A DNA stretch of 60,207 nucleotides, filler included, from Hausera hauseri (GCA_046269625.1; 12 parts of 12 records of this genome joined end to end with filler, not necessarily neighbours in it), one strand, 5' to 3'; shown: positions 10,617 to 23,590, counted from the whole stretch's first letter. Notes: generated by a model not told the origin, from the letters alone. Made by a program: numbers and translations.

Positions 10617-13600
10617 ATGGTGAGTTTTAAATTTTGCTCTCATAAACTATATGCCTATTTTTAGAATTGCAATTTCTATACCGATTGTTTGGCGAACATT
10701 CATGATGAGCAGAATTGCCACAGTATGATGAACAGATATTTCAATCACAGTTTCAACATGTGACTATTTTGTATATCCAACATGAGGAAGTATGCAAAAC
10801 CACCTATGAAGAATTCTACAATATGGATAAACAACATTTGTGTTCCTACAAAACATCAAAAAAGATATCTTCAACAAGAATAAATTTGCCATGACTTTTA
10901 TTCCACGAATGGTGATTTTTTAATTATGTCCTAAATTAATTACCTATTTTAGAATTTCAAATGTGATTTGCTCAAGACGTGTACATCCAGTGTCCACAAT
11001 CCTCAGGGCTGTCACATGACAATGCAGCGATATTATATCTACAGATTCAACAGATTGGGCTTCTTTTCAAGATGTGAAATTGTGAGCAGATCAGACTATC
11101 AGCAATTTTATGATGACCATAAAGCTCATTTATGTGGTTTCACAGCCACGTCAAAGATGAACATTTTTGATGAGCATACGGATACAATTTTTCAAAATTT
11201 ATCCAATCCTGTAACAACATCAGTTGTTCACATAGGATTAAAACGGATCGCAAACAATACCAATGCTCCATCAAAATGTCAAAGTTCCCGAAATCCAGAG
11301 AATAACGCATTCAAAACAAAAGTGAAGAGATATGTAATAGTTTTCACAGGTCAAACATCACTCCATGACTTCCTGGATTATTCAAAGAATGAAACTGCCG
11401 GAATTCTACAAGATAACTTGATTGAGCTCAGAGCTATCAAAATCAATCTACTATTAGAGGCCACATTCACCATTGTTGAAGAAGAATCAAATAGGGCTTT
11501 CAAAACGAAAATCATGCCAATATTGGATGCCAACAATATTTCAGAGTTTCTGCTTGAGGAACATACAAAACTCATACGTGAAGCTAATGAGACCTAGGAT
11601 AAGAAGAGCGGCCGGACTCCAGCATTCATAAACCAATTGATTTTCATGTGCACAAGTATTCTCCGATGCGAGGGATATTTTATATAAAGCTTCCAGAATG
11701 GATAGCACTGAAAGAAGCATGTGTCAACATTCAAAATGACGATATGCGCTTCAAATATTCCATTTTTTCACAGTTCGCAGTCGTAAAGGATCCAAAGCAT
11801 GCTTCACATGTTTCAATATATCAAGATATTCAGCATAATAATGATTTCAGTTGCATTACATTCCCGCCTGCAATAGATGAAATCGAAAGATTTTAGCAAG
11901 TGAACCAAATGTCTATCAGTATCTTTGGGGTTCACGAAAAGGATAAATTCTATCCTTAAAAGTTTGCAAAGTTGAATTAGTGGATCATAGAGAATCTGCT
12001 CCTGCTGGATGATGGTGAAAAGAGACGTTTTATTTGGACTAAAAACTTTGAACATCTAGTGAGATCCCAAATAACAATGCATACTACGAGAATTGAGATC
12101 TACAAACGAGGCTTATCCCATTTCAGTAGCGACTTCGCTATGGAGAGGTTTGAAGAACACAAAATGTATTGCAACAGCAACCATTGCATCAGACGTGAAT
12201 TCCCCAAGGAAGACTATATTGAATTCAAAGAATGTGGGAAAATGCACAGTGTCAATTGTCGTATATTGCGATTTTGAGGCTATCCTTAGTCCAGCTCAGA
12301 CTTGTAGTCAAAATTCTTAATAAAGTAATACTACAGCATACCAACATCACGAGCTGTCATCATTTTGCAAATATGCAAGTAGAACGGAAAAAGAGCCATA
12401 TTTATTCAGGGGTCCAAATAAAGCACGTCTTTTCATGGAGCGATTAGAAGATTTGGCACAGGATTGAAAACATGAAACCTAAAAGTATGATAATATCATC
12501 AAAAGAAGAAAATGAATGGAGAAAGGCAACAACCATTTACAGTATACAACCTCAAGGTACGTGCTCATTGCCATGTAACAGGCCAGTAAAGAGGCGCAAC
12601 ATGCAATTCATGTAATTTACGCTGCAGGACTGCAACATTTGTGCCTGTCATCTTCAACAATCTCCGTAACTAGGATTCCCATTTCATAGTCAGAGAACTT
12701 GGCAATATCAAGGAGAATATTGATGTCATCCCAAACAGTGAAGAGAAATATGTCACATTTACCAAGCATGTTGGACACATAAGACTCCGATTCAATGACA
12801 GTTTCCGTTTTATGAGTTCATCTCTTGATAGCCTCGTCAAGAATCGTCCATCAGATGAACTAAAGGAAACAGAAAATTTTCCTATCAATTTTTGACTTGG
12901 TCAAAAAGAAAGGAGTTTTCCCCCATGGTTATATCACATCATGAGGATTGCTAGATGAAACATCATTGCCAGTCAAGAAGGGCTTTTATAGTCAGCTATC
13001 AGACACAGATATTAATGATGCTCAAAAGGTCTTGAATGCATTTCAATGTAAGACAGTGGGACAATAGGGTGACATTTATCTCAAAAGGGATGTGTTTTCG
13101 CTAACAGATGTCTTCAAGAGCATTAGGGAAGTGATGCTTTAGAGCCATAAGTTACATCCAGCTCATTTCTTTACTGCTCCAGAAATGAGTTTGGCAGCAA
13201 TACTGCGATATACTGGTGTCCGGCTGCAGATCCTGAAGGACTACAACATGATCTTCATGATAAAAAAGGCATTTGTGCAGGAATCTGCTAGGTCATTCAC
13301 CGATATAGTGAGGCCAACAATAGGTATATGGCAGATTATGATGCATCAAAACCATCCATGTATATAACGCACTTGGATGCCAACAACTTGTATGGATGGA
13401 CAATGAGTGCCCCATTGCCATGTGATAAATTTAAATGGGTTGAGCATCCAAAATACATCAAAAGACAAGATTTGGATCCCGATGGAGAAACGGGATACAT
13501 ATTGGAAGTAAATGGGGAGTACGATCATTCTATAACACAAGGCATGAACAGCTGCCTTTCCTTCCTGAAAGGAAACAGCCACCGAATGGTAAATTCAAAA

Positions 13601-13789
13601 AGTTGATGTGCAATCTTGATAATCGAGAGCGATATGTAGCCAATTACATTAATCTCCAGAAGGCTATGAGAAATGGACTCAGAATTACGAAGATCCATCG
13701 TGCCATACAGTTCAGTCAGTCCATGTGGTTGCAACCATACATTGTCTTTAACACATAGTTGAGGTCCAATGCCAAAAACGACTTTGATA
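10617..13789 (+). pseudogene. Polinton/Maverick/adintovirus-type protein-primed family B DNA polymerase, decayed and truncated, with N-terminal Cys/His repeats and two short introns (10620-10664, 10912-10952)
   Basis: YSPMRG..YIKLPEWI..K.ACVNIQNDD; EndoVII-like HCHVTG..RGATCNSCNL; exonuclease motifs VYCDFEA and FNNL...DSHFIV; polymerase motif A HLDANNLYGWTMSAPLP; and QFSQSMWLQPYI. Confidence 0.85.
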
Positions 13790-15375
13790 NNNNNNNNNNN
13801 NNNNNNNNNNNNNNNNNNNNNNNNNNNNNNNNNTTAATTAATTAANNNNNNNNNNNNNNNNNNNNNNNNNNNNNNNNNNNNNNNNNNNNGCTGGATCCAT
13901 AACTAAGTATGTAATCTTATGTACCTTCTTTTAGGCATGCGCGCTGAATTAATTTCAATTGGGGCTATTCACATTCAGATTACCTTGCGCTTGTGCAGAA
14001 TAAAATTGTCTGAAGCTTTTTTTAGCATAACATAGTACAGAAAATATGCAATTTTTCCATAACAAACGATCACGGCCTCTCATTGATTACGCCCGCACGC
14101 TATCTCGTGAAGCAAAGCAAAGTAAAACCTTTTGTTTACTAACAAATATAGCTGTAATTTCTACGATATCAGGCACACGATTACTTTCTGTGAAAGAATT
14201 GTTCATGCTTTTTTTCACTGAAGAAGTAGAGAGTGGAATTTGCATTCAAATAAGCGAGTATGCTGTTTTTCCTAAACACATTTTTTTTATTTGTATGGGG
14301 GGTTATCCCATATTGCACATAATTATGATGCAGCCTAGGTAATTAAAATACACATCGCACGCTGCTGATCATTACTGATATTGATAACATCAAAACAAAA
14401 TGCCGTGGAGAAAATTTAAAACAAAGTAACGACTGAAACTGTGACCGAGATACAAACTGATCGCATAAAATTAAAAACACAGGAAACGATGAAGAATATG
14501 ACGAGATGTGATCTGGAGATTGAAAAAGTAAAAAAACGAATTATCTTCTTCAAACACGAAACTTCCGGAATGAGATGCGTTGAATAAAGAAAAAAACGAC
14601 TGGAGATTGTAGAATGCTACATGCATTGTGAGAGACTAAATTTAAATGTTCACAATTTATGGAATTACAGGATAACAGCAAACAACAAATGCACATAGAA
14701 TTGTATTTTGAAGGTTTATTAATGGTGAAATTAAAACAATAAACCACGAATTAATACAAAACGCTACGAAAATTAATTTGTGAATGAGAAATATTAAGAA
14801 ATTCATTTGGATATTGCTTCGAATTATTTCAGAGTTTCCCTTGCCCCTCTATGTTCTTCACTCAGGACTTGGGACCAGACGTCGGGTCATTAACAGAAAC
14901 ATCAATTAAATGGTAGTATCATTATTTCATTACCATGACAAATACATAAAATAAAATCATTAAATGATTTCAAAAAAAAAATAATAAATTTCAAAACGTA
15001 CGTACAAGAAATAATGCACGACCAAAGTTCAAAAGATTTAAAATTCCAGAAAATATACAAGAATGGAAAGGGTGAAGTTCGAGGATCACGCATCTTTATC
15101 CTCACCGCAAAATATGCGAAACTTGACTCAGAAAACACAAAAGAAATTGGAGTACAAACTACTGTCCCAAACGATCATTTTGAAGTCTATTGCCGTTGAA
15201 GAAATTCAATTTGCGAAAGAATTTGGTTATTTGCTCCATATCATAATCAAAATAAAATCGAGATTGATATCAACGAAAAAACTATTTAAAAGGGTTACTA
15301 AATTGTTTATTGTTCCTAATTCAGATGTTATATGTTCATATTTGTGAGGTAGAATTGAGACAGCCAACAGAGAAT

Positions 15376-16000
15376 TGATGCCAAAAGAATTCCAGAAAGG
15401 TGACAAGGTGGAAACCTTTATTGGAAAATGCGAGAGATACTTCGACTTCTTAAAGATGTAGGAGATGGACCGAGAAACCGCGGTCCTGTGCCTTTTGGCA
15501 GAAGAAACACAGGAAAAATACAATCTAGTAAGCCAGAAGGTTAAAGGGTACCAATACCGGTTTAGAAGGGCCTTTATAAAACCTACAACGCTGTAAGGAG
15601 ATCTGAGGGAGGCCTTGGACTACAGAATTATGGGGGAGGGGGAACAGAACCGGACGCTTACTTCAACAAAATATCTTTAGCCAAAAATTAATACTGGAAG
15701 CTGGAACAGAGGAACTGATAATCCACTGTTGCGACAAACCGGAAATGAGAAAGGAAAGTCCACGAAGTGGCAAAAAGACGGAATAAATACAGTCAGAGAA
15801 TACACTAGAGGGTCGACGGAGTTATTGGGATGCGGCAGTTCACAAATTTGACAAACCAAGACAGGATTTCAAACTGCACAATACGCAGGCAGAGTATGAT
15901 AAAATGCTGGTCGTGCCAGAAAGACGGGCATACAAACAAGACATGCAACCTCCAATAAGCACCAAGATGTTTTGGTTGCGGGAAAGAAAGAAGAACAATA
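15376..16000 (+). pseudogene. Gag remnant with CCHC zinc knuckle(s)
   Basis: MPKEFQKGDKVETFIGKCERYF...; KCWSCQKDGHTNKTC (CX2CX4HX4C, about 15904); then a second partial knuckle RCFGCGK. Confidence 0.7.
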
Positions 16001-16369
16001 TTCGTGTATAAAAGAACTTAGATTTGGAGAAGACTTGGACACTAATTCCGACTAAGGATGTTAAATTAGAAAAATTGCGAAGATATCAGAAAATCATAAA
16101 AAATGATAGGAGCTGGATTGGGGCACAATATTAATGATGGAGGTATTTCCCCGTGGAGGAGAACCGCGACACATTGACAATATAAAATTTCACATGAAAT
16201 TTACAAATATGCAAGGTAAAATACATCATGGAACACACACCGTCTGCACATCAATTGAGCGTGTGTGTGTGTGTGAACATAATTCTATGTATATAGTTTG
16301 GCAATTAAATAATGGAATTTCAACCAAACAAAAAGACAAAGACCATCAATATAGTTCCCTAAACTACAA

Positions 16370-17546
16370 CTACAAAACCGAACAATCATACATCTTACAA
16401 CGCAATAAAATCGAACCGCCATCAATCAAATTAGAATCATCAACCAAACGCTTATAACTTATCAGATAACATTTCACCACAGACTCATCGCAATCGTTTT
16501 GGGGTCTGTCGAAATATTTCCGTGCACTCTCCGGCATTCGATCATAACTGAATTCTGTACACGCAGTCGCAATTCTCGTACGATGATTGAGAAGTTCAAT
16601 ACGTATCAATTTCCTCATGGGCCACGGCAATTCATCATCGTACTCACCTTTGTGTATCTCAAATGCTACCATTAAATCGGTGTTTTCTTTGCTACCATCG
16701 CCGACAATGTGTAATTTCAATCGTAACTTATATTCACGGAAACGACTGTAGAAATAGTCGCTTTTGATAACCACGCCCTTGTTTTGTATCAAATCCAATA
16801 TCTTTTTTGGGATATTGTGAACTAACCACCAATATTCGGTGGGTTCGGTTAGCGGATTGATGCGGACAATTGATTCGTTTTCTTTATTACTACCAACATT
16901 GATTGAATATTTCTTTTTTGACTAAAAATAATCATAAATTCCCACATGCTAACAAATCCTTACATTAAATTGAGAAAGTTTCCGTCCATTTGAATCATTA
17001 CCAGTATTGCTATCAAATCTCCCCAACGACAATGATTGAAACTGACATTCAATACTATTCCTATATTGGTTCTTTGGAAACTAAAGCAAAAATGAAAACA
17101 TTCTATCCCCAACAACTTGTTGGAATTACCAATTTCCCTTCCGTCTCTTTGGAATTAAACGAATCGGAACCTGATGAGCTTCTCCGTTTCTGTAATTTGT
17201 TTTCGCAAATTTTTATGTGTGACATAATATCGATTTTATTTGCTTGATAATGGCAATTGTCGTAAAGACATTTTAAATTGAAACTCAATGTTCGCTTTTG
17301 TGCTTGATAGTCATTTTCAATGTCCACATTGTAGTCCATTCGATATTTTTTGCAAATCTCTTTACTACCTGGGCAATATTTGTTGCCCTTTGTCAACCAT
17401 TTGGCAATGCAATATCGGCAATAGTTGCAGCCGCATTTTCCACAGGTCGGTGCTTCCAGAATGCCATCGCAAACACAACATATAATGTCATTCGGCACAT
17501 CGTCGCAAACTTCGAAATAATAACCCAAATATTTCAATTGAACCAT
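16370..17546 (-). CDS. TRAF-like protein (RING, partial TRAF zinc finger, MATH); 3 exons 17546-17130, 17080-16964, 16921-16370; 361 aa
   Basis: RING CCVC...CGCNYCRYCI..W...CP. MATH domain YWWLVHNI...SDYFYS..EYKLRL...HKGEYDDELPWPM...LIDGGSILLRC. Removing GT-AG introns of 49 and 42 nt joins both ORFs in one uninterrupted frame (checked by hand). Confidence 0.85.
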
Positions 17547-18261
17547 GGCAATACGTAAAAAGAAAACAATGGTGAACCTCACTTGTTCATTAATTTTGTT
17601 TGAATATTTAAACAATACAAAAACATTATCCCAGGTTTGAAATCCGTGAACGACAGGCTGATCAAGGATCAGAAAAAAATACAAATGGATGGGTATTTAT
17701 AAATTATATTTTTAAACTACATGACTTCATACGATTTGATTTAGACATTAGTCGTAGATATTCGTACAGTTAATCCAATATCAAGAATAGATAGTCGAAT
17801 TATAATAAAGCATTAATTTCCTGGCATTTCATGTTTAATATTTTTCTTTTGGGTCTAATTTAAAAATAATAAGTCATNNNNNNNNNNNNNNNNNNNNNNN
17901 NNNNNNNNNNNNNNNNNNNNNTTAATTAATTAANNNNNNNNNNNNNNNNNNNNNNNNNNNNNNNNNNNNNNNNNNNNATTTTCAGACACTTTTAAAAGTA
18001 GGCAAATAGTTTATTGAATAAACAAATATGGATAGGTCACTATATAGACTTGAAACAATAATAATCATGACTGATGAAACGTTAGTGTAATTCCAACGCG
18101 CAGGCTCTGTACTGTGGCGCAGGCTCTGTACTGTGGAGTAGTAAGCCGATGTCATTGATTAAATGTTGCAGATTTTAATTCCCGGAATGTCATTCTGCTT
18201 ATAATTATATTTTCTCTGGAGCTGGTTGTTAAATTATCTAGAAGAGCAGATGGTTCGATCC

Positions 18262-18462
18262 TATTGAATGTGAGCGTGCAGCTGATGTTCAAAACTTTTT
18301 TCCATCACTACAGTTTTTTCAATTAGTTTAAAATCATCCTTTACAAGAGTTTTATTCTCATCAAATGGACCAAACAATTTTCCATTAGTTATCACAACCG
18401 CTTCAACAGGTTTGCATTTTAGAACATTCTTTACAAAAAGTTCGCCTCGATATAATAATTTT
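18262..18462 (-). pseudogene. Fragment resembling UDP-glucose:glycoprotein glucosyltransferase (thioredoxin-like region)
   Basis: FVKNVLKCKPVEAVVITNGKLFGPFDENKTLVKDDFKLIEK resembles the UGGT pattern ..VL.L..G..AVISNGR.IGP......DDF.LLE. Confidence 0.6.
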
Positions 18463-18581
18463 TAGGTACGCCTAGTAGACCACCCATTTTAGTAAATAGT
18501 AAACGAGTGTAGAATGAAACAGTGTGGGCTATGTGGGAAAAGGTGAAGTTCTGCCAACAGCGAACGTTAAAAATAAAAACA

Positions 18582-19354
18582 TTAAAAAAACAATAAAAAG
18601 GGATCGCTACTGAGAAATAAATTTAAAAATTGGTTGCCGGACAAATAACAATTAATGAAAAATCCTACCTCATCATGCACTGGTCTCGCCACGGTTGGCA
18701 TTAACGTTTTGTGCTGTGGGTATGGCAGATCGACTTTTTCATGTCGTGTCGTCTTATGAGCGGTCTGAATACACAACGACTTTGTGAACGAACCCGACAG
18801 TTTGTAATATTGTGTCTGATTTTCATCGAAACTTGTCTGCTTGGCGCCATTTGACAGACGTATATAATCGAACATCTTGGTTGCAATTAAATGATTCGAC
18901 GATTCCGCGTGATGACCGAGTCGATTCTGAAACGATGAATATCTCTTAGATGGATCTAAATCGATTTTTTGGGTTTTCACACAAATATTACAGGCATAAT
19001 GAGTCTTATTTTTGAAGCTTCGTATCTGTCTACCAGCCGGTTCAATTCTATCGTTAAAAAACTGTTGGCAGTAATGTGATTGTCAGAAAATTGGTGATCA
19101 GTAAAAGGTGATTCGGGTAACCGTTCTTCGGAATACAGGGTGGTTTCTGTTTTGAGTGACGACCAATACTTTGGGATAATACGATCACTATTCATTTCAT
19201 GCACTATTTCATAAAACCGACAACGATAACTGTCTTGTTTAATGTATACCCAAGAGTATTTATTCGATATTTCTATACGTAACTCATCAATTTTAGTTTC
19301 ATTTTCTACGACACAACCATTTGAAATGTCAGCCCTTTTATCGCCACCTCTCAA
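18582..19354 (-). pseudogene. Two decayed segments resembling TTF-type / hAT N-terminal zinc-finger regions
   Basis: KYSWVYI...YRCRF..W...FTDHQFSDNH and LGHHAESSNH patterns. Confidence 0.3.
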
Positions 19355-19516
19355 TTTTTAAATCGCTCGTTGGCGTCATTTAAATCTAACTGTCGACTCT
19401 TTCGAAACGGTTTCTTCGTTGTAATTGAAACTCATTTGCCTTTTTCGTTTTAAAATGTTTTTCTCGGCATGGAATTTGACGTTAAGATCGGGTAATAACT
19501 CTTCAACAAGGCTATT

Positions 19517-19700
19517 AACAATCTGATGATTACAATACATCAATGCCAAAGCGATAAATTTTTTCCAACACAATTTATCATTGAGACGTTTGGCCACATC
19601 CAATGTTACATTTATATTACCACATTCCAGCGCTAATGCAAATCGGTTTTTTGTGTCTTTGACGAAGTGGGGGCAATTTCTGGGTAACCCTTCTTTTTCA
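19517..19700 (-). pseudogene. COPA: Coatomer alpha subunit fragment
   Basis: HFVKDTKNRFALALECGNINVTLDVAKRLNDKLCWKKF...NHQIV matches COPA HFVKDEKTRF.LALECGNIE.AL..AK.LDD..CW...GNHQIV. Confidence 0.85.
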
Positions 19701-19784
19701 GATATGGTATCAAACGCGATTCGAATGGGATTACTCAAATTACTAAATCGTTTCACTGATTCGTCAAGGTGACTCAACTGGCCT

Positions 19785-20313
19785 TCATTTGTCTGTAAAT
19801 TGAGTTTCCGTTCTTTTGACCGCTTTTTTGGCGTCACACAGCTGTTTATACTCAGTTGACCTTTCGGCAATGAAATGAATTCCGGACAATTCACATTCGA
19901 CTAATAATACACTCAAATTATGGTTAGCTCTGCCCTCTGGTGATCCCAGATGTAGCCATACAATGGAATTACCGGCCTTATCCATATTCTCGATTTCAAT
20001 CGCTACTACACGTAGGTCGCGAACCTCTTGAATATTTAAGAGCGTCATTTCCGAATTTATCTGTAGGTTCTGCTTTACCGTTTGGAAGCCGTCTCAGTGG
20101 TCGAGGACATTTAATTCCGGCACAACGTACGGTCAAAATGTTCGTCTCTTTCGGTATGTAAATTATGAGTCTGCTACCAGTGGCAACGAATTTAACAGCC
20201 CCAACGATGCGAACCTGTCGTTTTAAAAAATTAAAGAAATGTTTGGCTATTACAGGATCTCCGGATAGCTCTAGCGCGCGGTGAGTTGGCGCTTCCTTTT
20301 CTGAAAAAAACAA
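19785..20313 (-). pseudogene. SND1: Tudor-SN (staphylococcal nuclease domain protein) SN4-region fragment, frameshifted
   Basis: SGDPVIAKHFFNFLKR..GSRLIIYIPKET...AGIKCPR and IENMDKAGNSIVWLH..NLSVLLVE..LS.IHFIAERS match SND1. Confidence 0.85.
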
Positions 20314-20462
20314 CGCATTTTTACGAGGATTTTACAGCAATCTTTTGTGTCTATTGTGATGTAAAAATAATCGTTATTCGAGGGTATTTTAGTTGATTCA
20401 ATTACTAGTGAAATAGTAGATTTGAGCCTCTGTTTATTTTTTAGAAAATGTAATAGATTTGA

Positions 20463-21619
20463 TCATTTCCTTGAACAATCCAGTTCCATCGACATAAAAT
20501 ATAGTATTTCCGTATACATTGACAAATTGATAAAACTCCTTCCAAAATGACTCCTCTTCAACTTTTTCAAGTTAGCCTCCTTCAACGAGACGATAATGAA
20601 ATTTGAATTTCTTGCCATCAATAAAATAAAGTTAGTCTTTCCGGATTGTGCCTGTCCAGTGATCGGCAAACATTAAATTTCGTTTTTAAACAACAGTTTC
20701 TCCATAAAATGGTTGACTTTTTTATCAATGGATCAGGATATGAAAATGTCGTTCAGACGTGTTCGACACTCATATGGACCACAATAACCAATGAATATCC
20801 AAATAATTTCAAATGGGTTCGTATTTTCTGATCTCTTAGATTATCATATGTCTGTTGAACATTATTAGCATTGATAGATTCATTACTCAGATTTCGGTAA
20901 ACTTTCGCCATTTCCCTCGCCAATGACGATAAGCTCGCTTGACTCCAGCCTTCCGTGTAAACATTTTTGGAAAATTCTGCCAGTATTATTTTAGCATCTT
21001 CTTTGGACTGAAATGCTTCATGTCTAGAAGTGGCAAGAAAAACCGATAATCGATCATCGGGTAACTCCGGAATCGTAGCTTCGATGTGTGTTCCCATTCG
21101 ACCTTTTCTGATAATTACAACGTCTAATCTCTCTTTGAAATTAGTAGCCCCGATGACAAGAACCCGTTGGTGTTCCGTTGTCATTCCGTTCAATTTTGCC
21201 AAAAACTCGTTAACAATCGCATTTTTGCTATTCGAGCTATCGGTACACCTCAACGGTTTCTTTAAAATAATACACGGTTGACAACTTCGGGCTTGATTAA
21301 AAATGTGGGTAACATTTTCTTTACTTTCACCTTGATATTTTGACAAAATATCCGCACGTTTTACATTTATAAACGGTATGTCATGTTTCTGAGATACTAA
21401 TTTTGTTATCGTAGTTTTCCCGGTATCAGGTGGACCGTATAACAGAATACTATCAACATTTGGTTTATGGTTATCATTAACTATATCTTTGATAATTGAT
21501 TCAATCTGACTTACGATCTTCTGGTGACCACCAACATCTTGCCAGGATACTTTGCTTTCGTTTACAAACAGAGATTCATCAATGGACTTAGATATATGTT
21601 TGTGTACCATGTTCAACAA
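20463..21619 (-). pseudogene. CDC48/NSF-type tandem AAA+ ATPase, intronless and degenerate
   Basis: VSWQDVGG, ILLYGPPDTGKT, ILSKYQGES, VLVIGATN, RKGR. Walker B DE is missing (PCIILKK). A second Walker A-like GQAQSGKT lies in 20463-20669. Confidence 0.8.
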
Positions 21620-22418
21620 TTTTGCAATATATAAATATAATATTTTTATTTTTTTTGTTAATCTTTCCCTTTTCCCGTTTTTTTCATGTTTTTATTTTTA
21701 ACATGTTCGCTGTTAGCACAATTTCACCCCTTTCCCACATAGCGCACCGTTGCTGTCGGCACTTCATATTCATTTACTTAAAGTTTTCTTTTAATGTCAC
21801 CTTTCCTGTCCATTCACCTCATAAAAGTTTGCTATCTTATCATTCATTACTACAGCCGCCTATACTATGTTGCATATTACAATGCAAAAATGAGATAACA
21901 ATCACTGAATACCTTGCCAAACCTACAAAATCCGACACTGATAAATCTACAGAGATTAATATATCTGCAATGACACCACGTGGAATCAAGCATATTATAG
22001 CAAAGTCAGCCTAATTTCTTCTTATAACAGCGAGTACCTGACTAGAGTTTCTGACTGTAAATAGGATTCGTACCCTTTTAGTTATTGTCAACTTCTTTCA
22101 GCGTGAATCACTTATAAAAGCAATAGATCCATTAACCATAGCGAGTCCACAGATCGGCCATATTCTTCAAACGAAACAGCAATCCTCTTAACTTCGAATG
22201 ATCAAATTGTATGCCATACCACTCGGTTTACAGTATATNNNNNNNNNNNNNNNNNNNNNNNNNNNNNNNNNNNNNNNNNNNNTTAATTAATTAANNNNNN
22301 NNNNNNNNNNNNNNNNNNNNNNNNNNNNNNNNNNNNNNTAATCCGAAAAAGTAGCTGATGATTATGCAAATTTAAGCAAAGTTTTGTTTTTTGTTGGTGG
22401 TAACAGTTGCATGAGAGC

Positions 22419-22484
22419 ACCCAACAAAAAAAGCTCACCGGCGTAGCGCTTTTTGCCGCGTCCGTGTGAAGCATTGTGTTAGGC
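22419..22484 (-). other. attC site (66 bp)
   Basis: GCCTAAC...GTTGGGT with internal dyad symmetry, just after the ddpX stop. Confidence 0.85.
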
Positions 22485-22491
22485 TCTCGCT

Positions 22492-23148
22492 TCATTGCGC
22501 GATAGCTTCGAACGGGATATTCAGCAAGCGATATTCTGACCAGTTCTTGTAATTGTAATGCCACCATTCCTCATTCGATACTTCAAAGCCCTCAGCTTCC
22601 ATCGTTTGCCGAAGCAAATCCCGCAACCGTCTTGATTCAGACGTTCCGCCTTGATAGGTGGGATAGGCACGTTCTGAAAACTCATCAAACCCACTGGGCA
22701 TTTCAACCTCTAAAGCGGTTCTCAAATCGAAGAGGCTAAGATCGACGGCGCAGCCGCGATTATGCTTAGAACCTTCGCGCGGGTTTGCCACGAAGTTATT
22801 TTTCCTCTCAGCCTCGGTTGCCATATCCCAGAGAATCTTCGTTACTGACCAAGGGCGGTAGGCATCGAATATGAGTATCCCGTATCCTTTCGCTCTCAAA
22901 GATTGGTTGGCTCGGACTAGGGCTTCGGCAGCTGGCCGCTGCAAAAAGGCTTTGGGCTGAGTGTAAACCGGACGGCTCATGAAATTGTTAGGGGTAGCAT
23001 AGCGAATATCCAAACGAATCGTTGTATCTAACTTTGTTACGTCCACTAGATCAGGGTCTCGAAACTGACCAGACTCCTTTGGCGGGACATTCTGACACCC
23101 AGAAATGGCAATTATTAGGAGTAGCACTAACCAACATAAAGGATTCAT
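22492..23148 (-). CDS. ddpX: D-alanyl-D-alanine dipeptidase (M15D, VanX/DdpX family), predicted lipoprotein
   Basis: DIRYAT.NNF, DAYRP, SKHNRGCAVD (SxHxxGxAxD), MPSGFDEFSE, EWWHY. Signal MNPLCWLVLLLIIAISGC has a lipobox. Start moved to 23148 because the upstream extension spans an attC. Confidence 0.9.
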   Translation of the reverse strand: MNPLCWLVLLLIIAISGCQNVPPKESGQFRDPDLVDVTKLDTTIRLDIRYATPNNFMSRPVYTQPKAFLQRPAAEALVRANQSLRAKGYGILIFDAYRPWSVTKILWDMATEAERKNNFVANPREGSKHNRGCAVDLSLFDLRTALEVEMPSGFDEFSERAYPTYQGGTSESRRLRDLLRQTMEAEGFEVSNEEWWHYNYKNWSEYRLLNIPFEAIAQ

Positions 23149-23174
23149 ACCCTTGTCACGGGACTCGCGCTTTG

Positions 23175-23221
23175 GCTTAACGCCAGCGCTCATCAGCGCT
23201 GGGAGGGGCGAGTTGTTGGGC
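23175..23221 (-). other. Short or degenerate attC (47 bp)
   Basis: GCCCAAC...CCAGCGCTGATGAGCGCTGGC GTTAAGC. Confidence 0.6.
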
Positions 23222-23329
23222 AGCACGGTATTCAGTCTCATGTGATCCTCCGGTATGCGAGTTCAAACAGTGGGTGAAATCTTCTACGCGCGTCTTTTCG
23301 GGGTCGATGCTGAAGTTGGCCTCTTTCTT

Positions 23330-23590
23330 GCATGGCTTGAAGCTGCCTTATCCAAGAACGAACAACTCAGCGAAAACGCAGATTCTGGCTTTACCCAGAT
23401 ATTTTATCTCGGCCTTATAACCCAAACATCGAACCCTTGTCCACAAAAACAAGTCGTTTGTTGGTGGCCACTAAGACGCCACTTCCGTTGTTGCACGTCC
23501 TCTGAATGATTTGCTCGACAGCTCATCTTCCCAAAGAATCTTTGGCAGTTCCTTGACCTCTTTGAGGGCAAGAAAGCGGCTTGCATGGGT
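23330..23590 (-). pseudogene. Decayed cassette encoding a bacterial PH-domain (bPH_3-like) protein
   Basis: Across a frameshift: KEVKELPKILWEDE/VEQIIQRTCNNGSGVLVATNKRLVFVDKG. Confidence 0.6.

Noticed and set aside
18098-18135. 19-bp direct repeat as CRISPR-like
   Set aside because: Two adjacent copies with no spacer. No CRISPR array or cas genes are seen anywhere in the window.
23149-23241. N-terminal extension of ddpX in the ORF track
   Set aside because: It spans an attC site; the lipoprotein signal starts at 23148.
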